Shown: positions 12,657 to 22,455 of the stretch, piece after piece
How positions within the stretch are numbered: the first letter of the stretch is position 1
Layout of the letters: every line of letters starts with the position of its first letter
NCBI GenBank assembly: GCA_016178725.1
Contig: JACOSV010000084.1
Coordinates: 55,205-119,204, forward strand
Length of the DNA stretch: 64,000 nucleotides
Origin: Candidatus Eiseniibacteriota bacterium
GTDB taxonomy: Bacteria > Eisenbacteria > RBG-16-71-46
Reading direction: 5' to 3'
Program-made: the position numbers and the translations under genes
The notes under the pieces: model-generated
Told to the model about the DNA's origin: nothing
The model's input: the letters and a program-made list of their open reading frames with translations, nothing else
The model's database searches: none

Positions 12657-15488
12657 GTGAAGATGGTGTTCGCGCGACCGGCGCGTCTGATCGTGGCGCT
12701 CGCCGCGCTCGCCGTGCTCGCGTCGGCGCCCGCCGGCGCGCAGGTCTTCGGGCAGAACAAGGTGCAGTACGAGCCGCTCGAGTGGAGCGTGCTCGAGACG
12801 CCGCACGTCCGCCTGCACTTCTACGCGCAGGAAGAGAGCCTGGCGCGGCGGCTGGCCGCGCTCGCCGAGACGGTCGCGGTCGAGTACGACGGCCGCTTCC
12901 GCATGAGCCCGCACCGGCAGATCCCGATCCTCCTCTACTCGGCCCACCACGTCTTCCAGCAGACCAACGCGACGCCCGAGCTGATCACCGAGGCGGTGGG
13001 CGGGCTCACCGAGCTCATCAAGGGCCGCGTGCTGATCCCGCACAACGGATCGTGGACGCGGCTCGTGTGGGTGACGCGCCACGAGCTGACCCATGCCTAC
13101 ATGCTCGAGAAGCTCTCGCAGGTGATGAAGGCCCATCACCGCACGCAGGGCTACCTGCCGCCGCTCTGGTTCACCGAGGGGTTCGCCGAGTTCTGCGGCA
13201 CGCACTGGGACGCCGACGCCGAGGGCCTGATGCGCGACGCCATGCTCACGGGACGCGCGACGCCGCTCACGCACAGCGACGAAATCATCGGCACCGTGCT
13301 CATGTACAAGGAGGGGCAGAGCTTCCTGCTCTATCTCGCCGACCGCTTCGGCCCGACGAAGGTGTTCGACATCCTCGACAACTGGTGGCGCGGCGACGAT
13401 TTCGAGACCGTGTTCCGCATGACGATCGGCCTGCCGCTGCGCGAGGTGGACGAGGCGTGGTTCAACGAGGTGCGGCGGCGCTACTACCCGGCCGTGGCGG
13501 ACGCGTCCCCCGCGGCCGAAGTCGGCCAGCGACTCACGCGGCGCGGCTTCTACAATCTCGGACCGCGGGTGTTGCCGGCGAAGCGCGGGGCCGACGGCGC
13601 GGCGGCGGACACGGCGGTGCGTTTCTGCTACTTCGCCGCGAGCGAGAGCGGGATCGACCTCGTGCTGAACGAGCCCGACCGCAAGGGCCGGCGCCACGAG
13701 CATCGCGTGCTGCGCGGCGGGGTCTCACCGTCGTTCGAGTCGTTCCATCTCTTCCAGACCCGCCCGGACGCTTCGCCGTCGGGGATGATCGCGCTCTCGT
13801 CCAAGCGCGGCGGCCGCGACGCGCTCTACCTGGTCGACAGCCATCGCCGCCGTGTCGTGCGGCGGTTCGAGTTCCCGCATCTCGTCGCGATCAACGATCC
13901 GTCGCTCGTCCCGGGCGACCAGGGCATGATCTTCTCGGCGCAGGACGAGAGCGGCCGCAGCGATCTCTACCGCGTCACATGGCCCAACGACGAGACGCGG
14001 CTCGAGCGCCTCACCGACGACGACTTCGACGACGTCGAGCCCGACATCTCGCCCGACGGCCGCTGGGTGGTGTTCGCCTCCGATCGCGGCCAGCGCGGCG
14101 GCCATCACTCGCTCTTCCGCCTCGCGCTCGAGGGCGGGGCGCCGGAGCCGGTGAGCGAGCCGCCGTCGGGCGACGACCGCCAGCCGGTCTATTCGCCCGA
14201 CGGGCGCTGGATCGCGTTCCGCTCGACCCGCGGCGGCACGAGCGATCTCTGGGTGCGGCTGGCCGAGCCGTCGCGCGAGGCGCGCCGCGTCACGCGGCTC
14301 ATCGGCCCGGCATCCGATCCGGCGTGGACGCCGGACGGGCGCGGCCTGCTGTTCTCGGGGCAGGAGCGCGTCGAGTTCCAGGTCTACCGCGTGCGCTTCG
14401 ATCCCGACACGCTGCGCGCCGAGGCCGAACCGGAGCCCGCGCGCGCACCGGCGATCGCCGCCGAGATCGACGCGGGCGAGCCGCATCCCTACCAGCGTCA
14501 GTTGAGTCTCGACCTCGTCCAGAACGGCGTCGCGTTCGATCCCGGTCTCGGCGCCGGCGCGGGCGGCCAGATCGCGTTGAGCGACGTGCTCGGCAACGAG
14601 CAGTTCAACATCTTCCTCACCAACGATTCGGAGCGCTTCGGGAACTTCTGGGACGGGTTCGAGGGCGGCGTCACGTACATCAACCAGTCGCAGCGGCTGA
14701 ACTACGGCCTCGGTCTCTTCCGATTGACGCAGATCTACGATCAGGACCTCGACCTCGTCCGGCGCGAGCGGCGCATCGGGCTCGTGGGACTCGTGAGCTA
14801 CCCGTTCAATCGCTTCACGCGCCTCGAGGGCTCGATGCTGGTGCGGCACGCGAGCGAGCACCGGCTCGAAGACGGCTCGATCGGCGCGGTGGATCTGGTT
14901 TCCAACTTCATCGCTATCGTCCACGACAACGCACGCTGGTCCGCGATCGGTCCGGGCGGCGGCACGCGGCTCTACCTCGGCGGCGGATTCACGCGCGACC
15001 TGGGCTCCGGGCAGGCGAACGAGGCGACGATGCTCGCCGAGGTCCGCCACTACCGCATGCTGATCCCCAACGTCGTCCTCGCGATGCGCGTCCAGGGGCA
15101 GGCGAGCCTGTGGGGCGACGCGCAGCGCTTCTACCTCGGCGGGTACAACTCGCTCCCCGGCGTCCAGCGCCGCTCGCTCACCGGGCTGCAGACGCTGCTC
15201 GTCCAGCAGGAGGTGCGGTTTCCGGTGCTGCGCCGGCTGGTGCTGGCGATCCCGACCGCGTGGGAGTTCCCGACCGTGAGCGCCGCGTTGTTCGCGGGCT
15301 CGGCGTGGACGTGGGACCGTGCGTTCACCGGCGGCGCGCCGGAAAAGCTCGGCGTCGTCGGCTTCGGCGTCTTCATCGGCGGCGGCTACTTCCCGGCGTT
15401 CCGCTGGAACTTCTCGTGGCCGACCACCGACTTCCGCACGCTCCCGCCGCGGCCGCACACGCAGTTCACGATCGGCTTCAACTACTGA
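12657..15488 (+). CDS. Secreted outer-membrane protein: HExxH metallopeptidase-like domain + TolB/PD40 repeats + Omp85/BamA-like barrel
   Basis: Signal peptide, FGQNKVQY, RHELTH and WFTEGFAE, three SPDGR-type repeats, RFYLGGYNSLPG, terminal FTIGFNY. Confidence 0.85.
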   Translation: MKMVFARPARLIVALAALAVLASAPAGAQVFGQNKVQYEPLEWSVLETPHVRLHFYAQEESLARRLAALAETVAVEYDGRFRMSPHRQIPILLYSAHHVFQQTNATPELITEAVGGLTELIKGRVLIPHNGSWTRLVWVTRHELTHAYMLEKLSQVMKAHHRTQGYLPPLWFTEGFAEFCGTHWDADAEGLMRDAMLTGRATPLTHSDEIIGTVLMYKEGQSFLLYLADRFGPTKVFDILDNWWRGDDFETVFRMTIGLPLREVDEAWFNEVRRRYYPAVADASPAAEVGQRLTRRGFYNLGPRVLPAKRGADGAAADTAVRFCYFAASESGIDLVLNEPDRKGRRHEHRVLRGGVSPSFESFHLFQTRPDASPSGMIALSSKRGGRDALYLVDSHRRRVVRRFEFPHLVAINDPSLVPGDQGMIFSAQDESGRSDLYRVTWPNDETRLERLTDDDFDDVEPDISPDGRWVVFASDRGQRGGHHSLFRLALEGGAPEPVSEPPSGDDRQPVYSPDGRWIAFRSTRGGTSDLWVRLAEPSREARRVTRLIGPASDPAWTPDGRGLLFSGQERVEFQVYRVRFDPDTLRAEAEPEPARAPAIAAEIDAGEPHPYQRQLSLDLVQNGVAFDPGLGAGAGGQIALSDVLGNEQFNIFLTNDSERFGNFWDGFEGGVTYINQSQRLNYGLGLFRLTQIYDQDLDLVRRERRIGLVGLVSYPFNRFTRLEGSMLVRHASEHRLEDGSIGAVDLVSNFIAIVHDNARWSAIGPGGGTRLYLGGGFTRDLGSGQANEATMLAEVRHYRMLIPNVVLAMRVQGQASLWGDAQRFYLGGYNSLPGVQRRSLTGLQTLLVQQEVRFPVLRRLVLAIPTAWEFPTVSAALFAGSAWTWDRAFTGGAPEKLGVVGFGVFIGGGYFPAFRWNFSWPTTDFRTLPPRPHTQFTIGFNY

Positions 15489-15491
15489 CGG

Positions 15492-16742
15492 TCAGCGCGC
15501 GCCGCCGGGGTCCACGGCGATCGCGAACGGGAACGTGAACCCGTCGAGGCGTCGCAGCACCGCGCCGTTCGGCGCGACGCGCACGACCTCGCCGGAATTG
15601 CCGAGCACGGCCCACACCTCGCCGGAGCGCGCGTCCACCGAGAGCTCGCCCGCGTCCGGGAAACCGGTGAGCCGCAGTTCGACCGTGCCGTCGCGGCGCA
15701 GCGCGACGATCTCGCCGGCGCCCGGATCGGCGACCCAGACGCGGCCGCGCCGCGCGTCGGCCGCGATCCCGAGCGGCGTGACGAAGAGGTCGAGCGTGTC
15801 GAGCACGACGCCGCCGAGATCGACGCGCGTCACGGTGCCGCGGGTGTACGACGTGATCCACGCAACACGCGTCACGCTGTCCACCGCGACCCGGCTCGGC
15901 GCAGGCACGGTGCGCCGTAAGATCGGGTTCTGGTCGAACTCCGGGTAGCGGCTGACGCGGTTCGCGCCGCGCTCGGACACCCACACGGAGCCGTCCACCG
16001 CGTCCACCGCGACGTCGTTGGGCGTGTCGAGGCTCGCGATGTCGAGCGAGGCGGGGTCGCCCTGCGGCCGGAAGTGATGCACGAGTCCGGCGGTGGGATC
16101 GCACACCCATGCGTTGCCGTCGAACGAGTCCACCGCGATCGACCCCGGCTCCGCGACCGGGATCGCGGTGCGCACGCCGGTCGTGGGATTGAGCGCGACG
16201 ACGCGGCTCGCGCCGGGATCCGAGATCCACACGAGACCGCTCTGCGCGTTCACCGCGACGTCGATCGTGCCCGTGAAGCCGGTCACGTCATTCGCGATGC
16301 GCCGGCCGTCGGGCGTGATCTGGAACGCGTCGCTCCCGGACGACAGGATCATCCACGGGATCGCGCTCCCCGGCGTCGCGGTGTCCTCGGCCGGCCGCGA
16401 GCCGAGGCCGCCCGTGAACACGAAGTAGAGGCGATACGTGTAGTCCTGGCCGTCGAGCAGGCCCACGTCCCTGAACTGCGTGACGCCCGTGTTCAGGACC
16501 GGCGTGATCGCCCGGAACGCGGCCTCGCCCGGTCCGCGGCGGAAGAGCTGGTAGCCGGTGAGCGTGTTGCCCGCCACCTGCTGCCAGCGCAGCTGGACCT
16601 GGCCCTCGCCGGCGATCGCGACGAATCCGGACGGCCGTCCGTTGGTGGCGGGGTTGTTGGGATCGAACGGATTGGCGCGCTCGCGCGTGCTGCAGCCCGC
16701 GACGAGCAGCGGGAGCGCTAGAAGCGGTAGGAGACGGCGCAT
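15492..16742 (-). CDS. Lipoprotein with FN3 domain and NHL/YncE-like beta-propeller
   Basis: Lipobox VAGC then RERANPFDP; FN3-like W/Y pattern; repeated IAVD...VWV units. Confidence 0.85.
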   Translation of the reverse strand: MRRLLPLLALPLLVAGCSTRERANPFDPNNPATNGRPSGFVAIAGEGQVQLRWQQVAGNTLTGYQLFRRGPGEAAFRAITPVLNTGVTQFRDVGLLDGQDYTYRLYFVFTGGLGSRPAEDTATPGSAIPWMILSSGSDAFQITPDGRRIANDVTGFTGTIDVAVNAQSGLVWISDPGASRVVALNPTTGVRTAIPVAEPGSIAVDSFDGNAWVCDPTAGLVHHFRPQGDPASLDIASLDTPNDVAVDAVDGSVWVSERGANRVSRYPEFDQNPILRRTVPAPSRVAVDSVTRVAWITSYTRGTVTRVDLGGVVLDTLDLFVTPLGIAADARRGRVWVADPGAGEIVALRRDGTVELRLTGFPDAGELSVDARSGEVWAVLGNSGEVVRVAPNGAVLRRLDGFTFPFAIAVDPGGAR

Positions 16743-17146
16743 CGCGTCGGCTCGAGCGAGACGGCGACGCGTTGGGTCGACGGTCGCCGGATGAAGCGGA
16801 GGTAAAGCCCGGCCGCGATCAGCGCCTCGCCGGTGAGCACCGAGGCCTGGGAGAGATGGTCGTAGCGCGCGGCGCGATCGAAGAGCACGTCGATCTGCGC
16901 CGGATCCGTGCTGACGAGGTACTCGGCGTAGGCGCGGTCGGCGCGGTGCGTGAGCGAGAACGAGAGCCCGACCAGCGCCGCGCCGGTGATGCAGGTGGCG
17001 TACGCGCCGAGGTGGCTCTGCCGCGCCGGCGGATCGAGCGGCACGGCCCGAAACGGCTCGACCGCCGCGGGCTCCGCCCGGGCGGCCGTGACGGGAATCT
17101 CGAACATCAGGCAGGCCGCGAACAACGCGGCCGCAATGCGCGCCAT
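16718..17146 (-). CDS. Hypothetical exported/membrane protein
   Basis: Signal-like N-terminus, two hydrophobic segments, terminal SYRF; fills the gap between rpsT and the lipoprotein gene. Confidence 0.7.
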   Translation of the reverse strand: MARIAAALFAACLMFEIPVTAARAEPAAVEPFRAVPLDPPARQSHLGAYATCITGAALVGLSFSLTHRADRAYAEYLVSTDPAQIDVLFDRAARYDHLSQASVLTGEALIAAGLYLRFIRRPSTQRVAVSLEPTRCAVSYRF

Positions 17147-17156
17147 GACGAACCGA

Positions 17157-17414
17157 TCAGGCGGGCCGGGTGGCGGCGAATCGGGCCAGGCGGGACTTGT
17201 GCCGGCTGGCGGTCTCCTTCTTGATGACGCCCTTGGCGGCGACGCGGTCGAGCACGGAGACCGCCTGGCGGTACGCCGTGTCGGCCTGGGTGCGGTTTCC
17301 GGCTTCGCGCACGGCCTTGAGCGCCGCGCGCATGCGCGTGCGCAGCGCGATGTTGCGCTGCCGCGACCGCTCGTTGGTGATGACGCGCTTGGCAGCGGAC
17401 TTGTGGTGCGGCAT
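17157..17414 (-). CDS. rpsT: 30S ribosomal protein S20
   Basis: MPHHKSAAKR, LDRVAAKGVIKKETASRHKSRL; GAGGAGG SD. Confidence 0.97.
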   Translation of the reverse strand: MPHHKSAAKRVITNERSRQRNIALRTRMRAALKAVREAGNRTQADTAYRQAVSVLDRVAAKGVIKKETASRHKSRLARFAATRPA

Positions 17415-17457
17415 GCGAATCCTCCTCGCGGGCTTCGGGATCGGAAAGCGGGTGGGG

Positions 17458-17487
17458 ACGATAGCGGGGCGCGCGCGGGAGTGTCAA
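17458..17487 (-). promoter_or_regulatory. Sigma70-type promoter of rpsT
   Basis: TTGACA-N18-TATCGT on minus strand. Confidence 0.7.
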
Positions 17488-17551
17488 GCGTGGCCGTTGC
17501 CGTTGGCCTTCGCGCCAGTGTACTGTAACCGTTCACCCCATCCTGCACCGG

Positions 17552-19471
17552 GTGTCCGGAGTGCCCGTGACCGTTTTGCGCGAGAAGATCCTCAATCTGC
17601 CGTCCTTGCCGGGGGTTTACCTGTTCAAGGACGCGCGCGGCCGCGTGCTCTACGTCGGCAAGGCCAAACGGCTGGCGCAGCGGGTGCGGGCCTACCTCGG
17701 CGACGACGCCGAGCCCTTCCATCGCGACATGATGGGGGAGGCGACGGACCTCGACGTGATCCTCACCGACACCGAGGTCGAGGCGCTGCTGCTCGAGGCG
17801 ACGCTCATCCGCCAGCATCACCCGCACTACAACATCGTGCTCAAGGACGACAAGAGCTTCCCGTACGTGCGGATCAGCGTGCAGGAGCCGTGGCCGCGGC
17901 TCTCCGTCACGCGCCATGTGCGCGGCGACGGGGCCCGCTATCTGGGCCCGTTCACCGACGTGAAGCTCCTGCGCCGCACGCTGCGCGAGGTGCGCCGCAT
18001 CTTCCCGCTGCGCAGCTGCCGCAACTTCGAGGACTACCGCCGCGCCGACCGGCCGTGCCTCTACTACCACATCCGCCGCTGCGTCGGGCCGTGCTACAGC
18101 CGCGCGGCCGTGCGGCCCGAGGAGTATCGCGCGCTGGTGGACGGGCTGGTCCTGTTCCTCACCGGGCGCGATCGCGAGCTGCTCGATCGCCTGCGCGGCG
18201 AGATGGATCAGGCCGCGACGGAGCGCCGCTACGAGGCGGCGGCGCGGCGCCGCGATCAGATCCACCTGCTCGAGCGCGTGCGCGCGCCGCAGAAGGTCGT
18301 GCGCCGGTCGGGGCGCGACGCGGACGTGGTCGGCCTCGCGCGGCACGGCCGGCGCGCCGCGGCCGTCGTGCTGCTCGTGCGTTCGGGACGCGTGGTGGGG
18401 AAGGAGTCGCGGCTGCTCGCGCGCGTCGAGGGCGGCGACGAGGCCGAGATCCTCGCCCAGTTCCTGACCCAGCATTATCTCGCGCAGTCCTCGCTGCCGC
18501 GGCGCATGGTGCTGGGCGTCGCGCTCGCGGACGGGCCGCTCATCGCCGAGGCGCTGACGCGCCGCGCCGGGCATCCGGTCGAGCTGGCGCTGCCGGCGCG
18601 CGGGCGCGAGCGCCAGCTGGTCGCGACCGCCGAGCGCAACGCCGCGCACGCGCTCGAGGACCTCGAGGCGCGCGCCGCCGGTCGGCGGTCTCAGTTCGCG
18701 CCCGAAGTGCTCGAGCTGCAGAAGGCGCTCGCGCTCGAAGCGCCGCCGCACCGCATCGTCTGCTTCGACGTCTCGAACCTCGGCGGCGAGGGCGCGGTCG
18801 CCGCCGCGGTCGCGAGCGAGAACGGCCGCATGCGCAAGGGGCTCTACCGTCGCATGCGGATCCGCCGGCCGGGCCCGGACGACTTCGCGATGATGGGCGA
18901 AGTGGTCGAGCGCTACTGGACGCGGGTCGAATCGGGCGAGCTGCCGCGCCCCGACCTGGTGCTGGTGGACGGCGGCGTCGGGCAGATCGGCGCGGCACGG
19001 CGCGCCCTCGACCGCGCCGCGACGCGGCCCGTGCCGCTCATCGGCCTCGCCAAGCGTGAGGAGACCGTGATGCGCGAGCGCGGGGCGCCGCTCAAGCTGC
19101 CGCGCCGCAGTCCCTCGCTGCGCATGCTGCAGCGTCTGCGCGACGAGGCGCACCGTTTCGGCCTCACGTATCACCGAATGGTGCGCGGCCGCGCCCGCGT
19201 CACCAGCGCGCTCGACCGCGTCACCGGGATCGGGCCCGCGCGGCGCGCGGCGCTGCTGCGCGCGTTCGGCTCGCTAGCGGCGCTGGGCGCCCGGACGCCC
19301 GAAGAGATCGCGAGCCGTGCGCACGTGCCGCTGGCGCTCGCGACCCGCGTCGCCGACGCGCTGCGCGACGAGGGCGCCGGCGCGCAGCCCACCGCGGTCG
19401 ATGCGGCCCCGGATGCGCGCGCATCCGACGCGCGTGAGGCGGGCGGCTCGGGCGAGGGCGAGGCCGCGTGA
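17552..19471 (+). CDS. uvrC: Excinuclease ABC subunit C
   Basis: GIY-YIG (PGVYLF..LYVGKAK), Cys cluster, FDVSN, DGGVGQ, RDEAHRF, HhH; exact GTG start (17552/17561/17567) uncertain. Confidence 0.97.
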   Translation: MSGVPVTVLREKILNLPSLPGVYLFKDARGRVLYVGKAKRLAQRVRAYLGDDAEPFHRDMMGEATDLDVILTDTEVEALLLEATLIRQHHPHYNIVLKDDKSFPYVRISVQEPWPRLSVTRHVRGDGARYLGPFTDVKLLRRTLREVRRIFPLRSCRNFEDYRRADRPCLYYHIRRCVGPCYSRAAVRPEEYRALVDGLVLFLTGRDRELLDRLRGEMDQAATERRYEAAARRRDQIHLLERVRAPQKVVRRSGRDADVVGLARHGRRAAAVVLLVRSGRVVGKESRLLARVEGGDEAEILAQFLTQHYLAQSSLPRRMVLGVALADGPLIAEALTRRAGHPVELALPARGRERQLVATAERNAAHALEDLEARAAGRRSQFAPEVLELQKALALEAPPHRIVCFDVSNLGGEGAVAAAVASENGRMRKGLYRRMRIRRPGPDDFAMMGEVVERYWTRVESGELPRPDLVLVDGGVGQIGAARRALDRAATRPVPLIGLAKREETVMRERGAPLKLPRRSPSLRMLQRLRDEAHRFGLTYHRMVRGRARVTSALDRVTGIGPARRAALLRAFGSLAALGARTPEEIASRAHVPLALATRVADALRDEGAGAQPTAVDAAPDARASDAREAGGSGEGEAA

Positions 19472-20391
19472 GCGCCGCCACGCTGCGCGAGCCGCCGGCC
19501 GCGCTCCGCGACCCGGTCGAGGCGTTCCTCGACGAGCTGCGCACGGGGCGACGCTTGAGCCCGCGCACGCTCGACGCCTACGCGCGCGATCTCGCCGACT
19601 ACACGCGCTTCGGCGTGCGGCACGCGCTGCGCGGCTGGCGCGAGGCGGGCACGACGTTCGTCGACGCCTACTTCGCGAGCCTCGCACGGCGCGGGCTCAA
19701 GGGCAGCACCGTGGCACGCCGGCGCTCGGCGCTGCGCGGATTCCACGCGCACCTCGCGCGCGGCGGTGCGATCGCCGCCGATCCGCTGGCGCAGCTGCCG
19801 GCGCCGCGCCGCGAGCGCCGGCTGCCGCACGCGCTCGCGATCGAGGACGTGACGCGCCTGCTCGCCCATCCGGAAGGCCAGAGCGCGCTCGCGCTGCGCG
19901 ACCGTGCGCTGCTCGAGCTCGCGTACGCGAGCGGATTGCGCGTCTCAGAGCTGCTCGGCCTCGTGCCCGCGAACATCGCCTGGTCGGAACGCACGGTGAC
20001 GGTGGTCGGCAAACGCGACAAGCAGCGCACGGTGCCGTTCGGACGTCCGGCGGCGGCCGCGCTGCGCGACTACCTCGAGCGCGGCCGGCCGTCGCTCGCG
20101 CGCGGCGACCGCGCGCGCACGGTGTTCCTCAACGCCCGCGGCGGGCCGTTGAGCCGCATGGGCTACTGGAAGATCCTGCATGGCCACGCGCGCGCCGCGG
20201 GGCTCGCGTCCGCGGTGCATCCGCACGCGCTGCGCCACTCGTTCGCCACGCATCTGCTGATCGGCGGCGCCGACCTGCGCGTCGTGCAGGAGCTGCTCGG
20301 CCATGCCTCCGTGGCCACCACCGCGATCTACACCCATCTCGACCGCGCGTATCTGCGCGAGGTACACCGTACGTTCCATCCGCGTCCCTGA
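19468..20391 (+). CDS. xerD: Tyrosine recombinase XerD
   Basis: YASGLRVSEL, LSRMGYWKIL, PHALRHSFATH, VVQELLGH, AIYTH, FHPR. Confidence 0.93.
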   Translation: MSAATLREPPAALRDPVEAFLDELRTGRRLSPRTLDAYARDLADYTRFGVRHALRGWREAGTTFVDAYFASLARRGLKGSTVARRRSALRGFHAHLARGGAIAADPLAQLPAPRRERRLPHALAIEDVTRLLAHPEGQSALALRDRALLELAYASGLRVSELLGLVPANIAWSERTVTVVGKRDKQRTVPFGRPAAAALRDYLERGRPSLARGDRARTVFLNARGGPLSRMGYWKILHGHARAAGLASAVHPHALRHSFATHLLIGGADLRVVQELLGHASVATTAIYTHLDRAYLREVHRTFHPRP

Positions 20392-20425
20392 CGTGAACCC
20401 GACCGGGGTCCATCGAGGAGAAGCC

Positions 20426-21052
20426 ATGAAGCGTGGTTCGATCCTGACAGGAGGGATGTCCATCGCGGCGCTGGTCGCGGCGCTCTCGACGGCGCCGGCG
20501 CGCGCCGACAACACGATCGTGCTGCCGCGCCCCGGGCAGGTGGGCGTCGGCATCTCGGGCGGCTACGGCTCGCTGCTCAAGAGCGGCGATCTCGGCGGCC
20601 TGTTCGGGACCGGGCCGACGCTCGGCGTGCGCCTGCGCTACCGCATGCGCTACGAGCGCGCGATCGGGCTCTCGTTCGAGAGCCAGCACTTCGACATCCG
20701 TCAGTTCGAGCCGCACTTCCCGGCGAGCGACACGACGCTCGATGGGCGCAGCGACATGCGATTCACGCTCTCGGGCATCGAGTTCTCGCAACTCTTCGGC
20801 ACGCGGACGCGTGCGACCAAGATGCTGATGGTCGGCGCCGGGATCGCGCAGGGATCGGGCCGCACGACCGGCGGCGACACGTGGTTCCCGGGCGACGGCA
20901 CGTACGTCAGCGCCGGCGCCGGCGTCGAATACTTCTTCTTCCGATCGTGGGCGTGGGACCTCTCGACCCGCTACATGGCCGTGTTCCTGCCCACTCAGCG
21001 CGTCCACGACGTGCAGGCCGCGCTCGGCGTCATGTTCTACGCGAGCTACTGA
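20426..21052 (+). CDS. Outer-membrane beta-barrel protein (OmpA-like transmembrane family)
   Basis: GAGGAG SD, signal peptide ending ARA, alternating amphipathic strands, aromatic C-terminus. Confidence 0.75.
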   Translation: MKRGSILTGGMSIAALVAALSTAPARADNTIVLPRPGQVGVGISGGYGSLLKSGDLGGLFGTGPTLGVRLRYRMRYERAIGLSFESQHFDIRQFEPHFPASDTTLDGRSDMRFTLSGIEFSQLFGTRTRATKMLMVGAGIAQGSGRTTGGDTWFPGDGTYVSAGAGVEYFFFRSWAWDLSTRYMAVFLPTQRVHDVQAALGVMFYASY

Positions 21053-22455
21053 TGGGGGGCCCGCTGTCGATCGCGTTCCAGGGCGCCGCCCGCACCGTGA
21101 CCGGGTCCCGCCACCACATCCGCTTCGGCGAGCGGACGTGGCTGTTCGACTGCGGGCTCTATCAGGGGCATCGCGACGAGGCCGACGGCATCAACCGCAC
21201 GTTCGTATCCCCGCCCGGATCGCTCGACACGCTGGTGATCTCGCACGCGCACCTGGACCACATCGGCAACGTGCCGACGCTGGTCTCGCAGGGCTACGCC
21301 GGGCGCGTACACTGCACGACGCCGACCGCCGAGCTTGCCGCGTTCATGCTCGCCGACAGCGCGCACCTGATGCAGCAGGACGCCGAGCACCTCGCGCGGC
21401 ACGGCAAGGCGCGCGCCGGCGCCCGGCCCCTCTACGGCGCCCAGCACGTCACCGAGACCGTGTCGCGCTTCGTCACCCACGACTACCATGCGCCGTGGGA
21501 TCTCTTTCCGGACGTGCGCGTCGAGTACTTCGACGCCGGCCACATCCTCGGCTCGGCGCTGACGACGTTCACGTTCCGGAACGGCGAGCGCACGTTCCGC
21601 CTCGGCATGAGCGGCGACCTCGGGCGCGGGCACCGGCCGATCCTGCGCGATCCCGAGCATCATCCGGCGGTGGACGCGATGGTGCTCGAGAGCACCTACG
21701 GCGACCGTTTCCACGCTTCGGCCGACGCGACGACGCGCGGTCTGTGCGAGGCCGTGTCGCGCACGATCGCGCGCGGCGGGCGCGTGCTGATCCCGTCGTT
21801 CGCAGTCGGACGGACCCAGGAGGTGGTGGCGACGCTGCACGGCCTGATCCGGGACGGAACGTGTCCCGACGCGCCGATCTTCGTCGACAGCCCGATGGCG
21901 CGCGAGGCGACCGAGGTGTTCACCCGTCACCCCGAGTGCTTCGACGCCGAGACCGCCGAGGCGTTCCGCCGCGGGGGAGAGCCGTTCGGCTTCCGCCGCC
22001 TGCGCTACGTCGCGACGCCGGACGAGTCGCGCTCGCTCAACGACCTGCGCGAGCCGTGCATCATCGTCGCCGCCTCGGGCATGTGCGAAGGCGGCCGCAT
22101 CCTGCACCACCTCGCGCACGGACTGGGCGATCCGAAGAACACCGTGCTGTTCGTCGGCTACCAGGGCGACGGGACGCTCGGCCGCCGCCTGCTCGACCAC
22201 GCGACCACGGTGAACGTGCTCGGCGAACCGGTGCGCGTCGGCGCCGAGATCGCGGCGCTCGACGGGTTCAGCGCGCACGCCGATCAGGGCGAGCTGGTCG
22301 CGTGGGTCACGGCGCTCGATCCCATGCCGAAACGCATCTTCCTCGTCCACGGCGACCTCGGTCCGGCCGAGACGCTGGCCGGCGTGCTGCGCCAGCGCAC
22401 CCCGGCCGAAGTGTTCGTGCCCGAGAAGAATCAGGAGTTCGCGCTGTGGAGCTGA
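21052..22455 (+). CDS. MBL-fold beta-CASP ribonuclease (YSH1/CPSF-like)
   Basis: HAHLDH, AGHILGS, SGD, ESTYG, SGMCEGGRI, FSAHAD, VHG motifs. Confidence 0.93.
   Translation: MGGPLSIAFQGAARTVTGSRHHIRFGERTWLFDCGLYQGHRDEADGINRTFVSPPGSLDTLVISHAHLDHIGNVPTLVSQGYAGRVHCTTPTAELAAFMLADSAHLMQQDAEHLARHGKARAGARPLYGAQHVTETVSRFVTHDYHAPWDLFPDVRVEYFDAGHILGSALTTFTFRNGERTFRLGMSGDLGRGHRPILRDPEHHPAVDAMVLESTYGDRFHASADATTRGLCEAVSRTIARGGRVLIPSFAVGRTQEVVATLHGLIRDGTCPDAPIFVDSPMAREATEVFTRHPECFDAETAEAFRRGGEPFGFRRLRYVATPDESRSLNDLREPCIIVAASGMCEGGRILHHLAHGLGDPKNTVLFVGYQGDGTLGRRLLDHATTVNVLGEPVRVGAEIAALDGFSAHADQGELVAWVTALDPMPKRIFLVHGDLGPAETLAGVLRQRTPAEVFVPEKNQEFALWS

Noticed and set aside
8140..20391. Two tyrosine recombinases as integrases of a mobile element
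   Set aside because: Size, motifs and context (topA, uvrC, dif) fit housekeeping XerC/XerD; no att repeats or cargo seen
21138..22445. Long N-terminal extension of the SNF2 ORF (similar apparent extensions on recN, trpB, trpD, dapB and the NtrC gene)
   Set aside because: Off-frame read of the upstream gene caused by scarce stops at high GC; SD or overlap starts exist downstream
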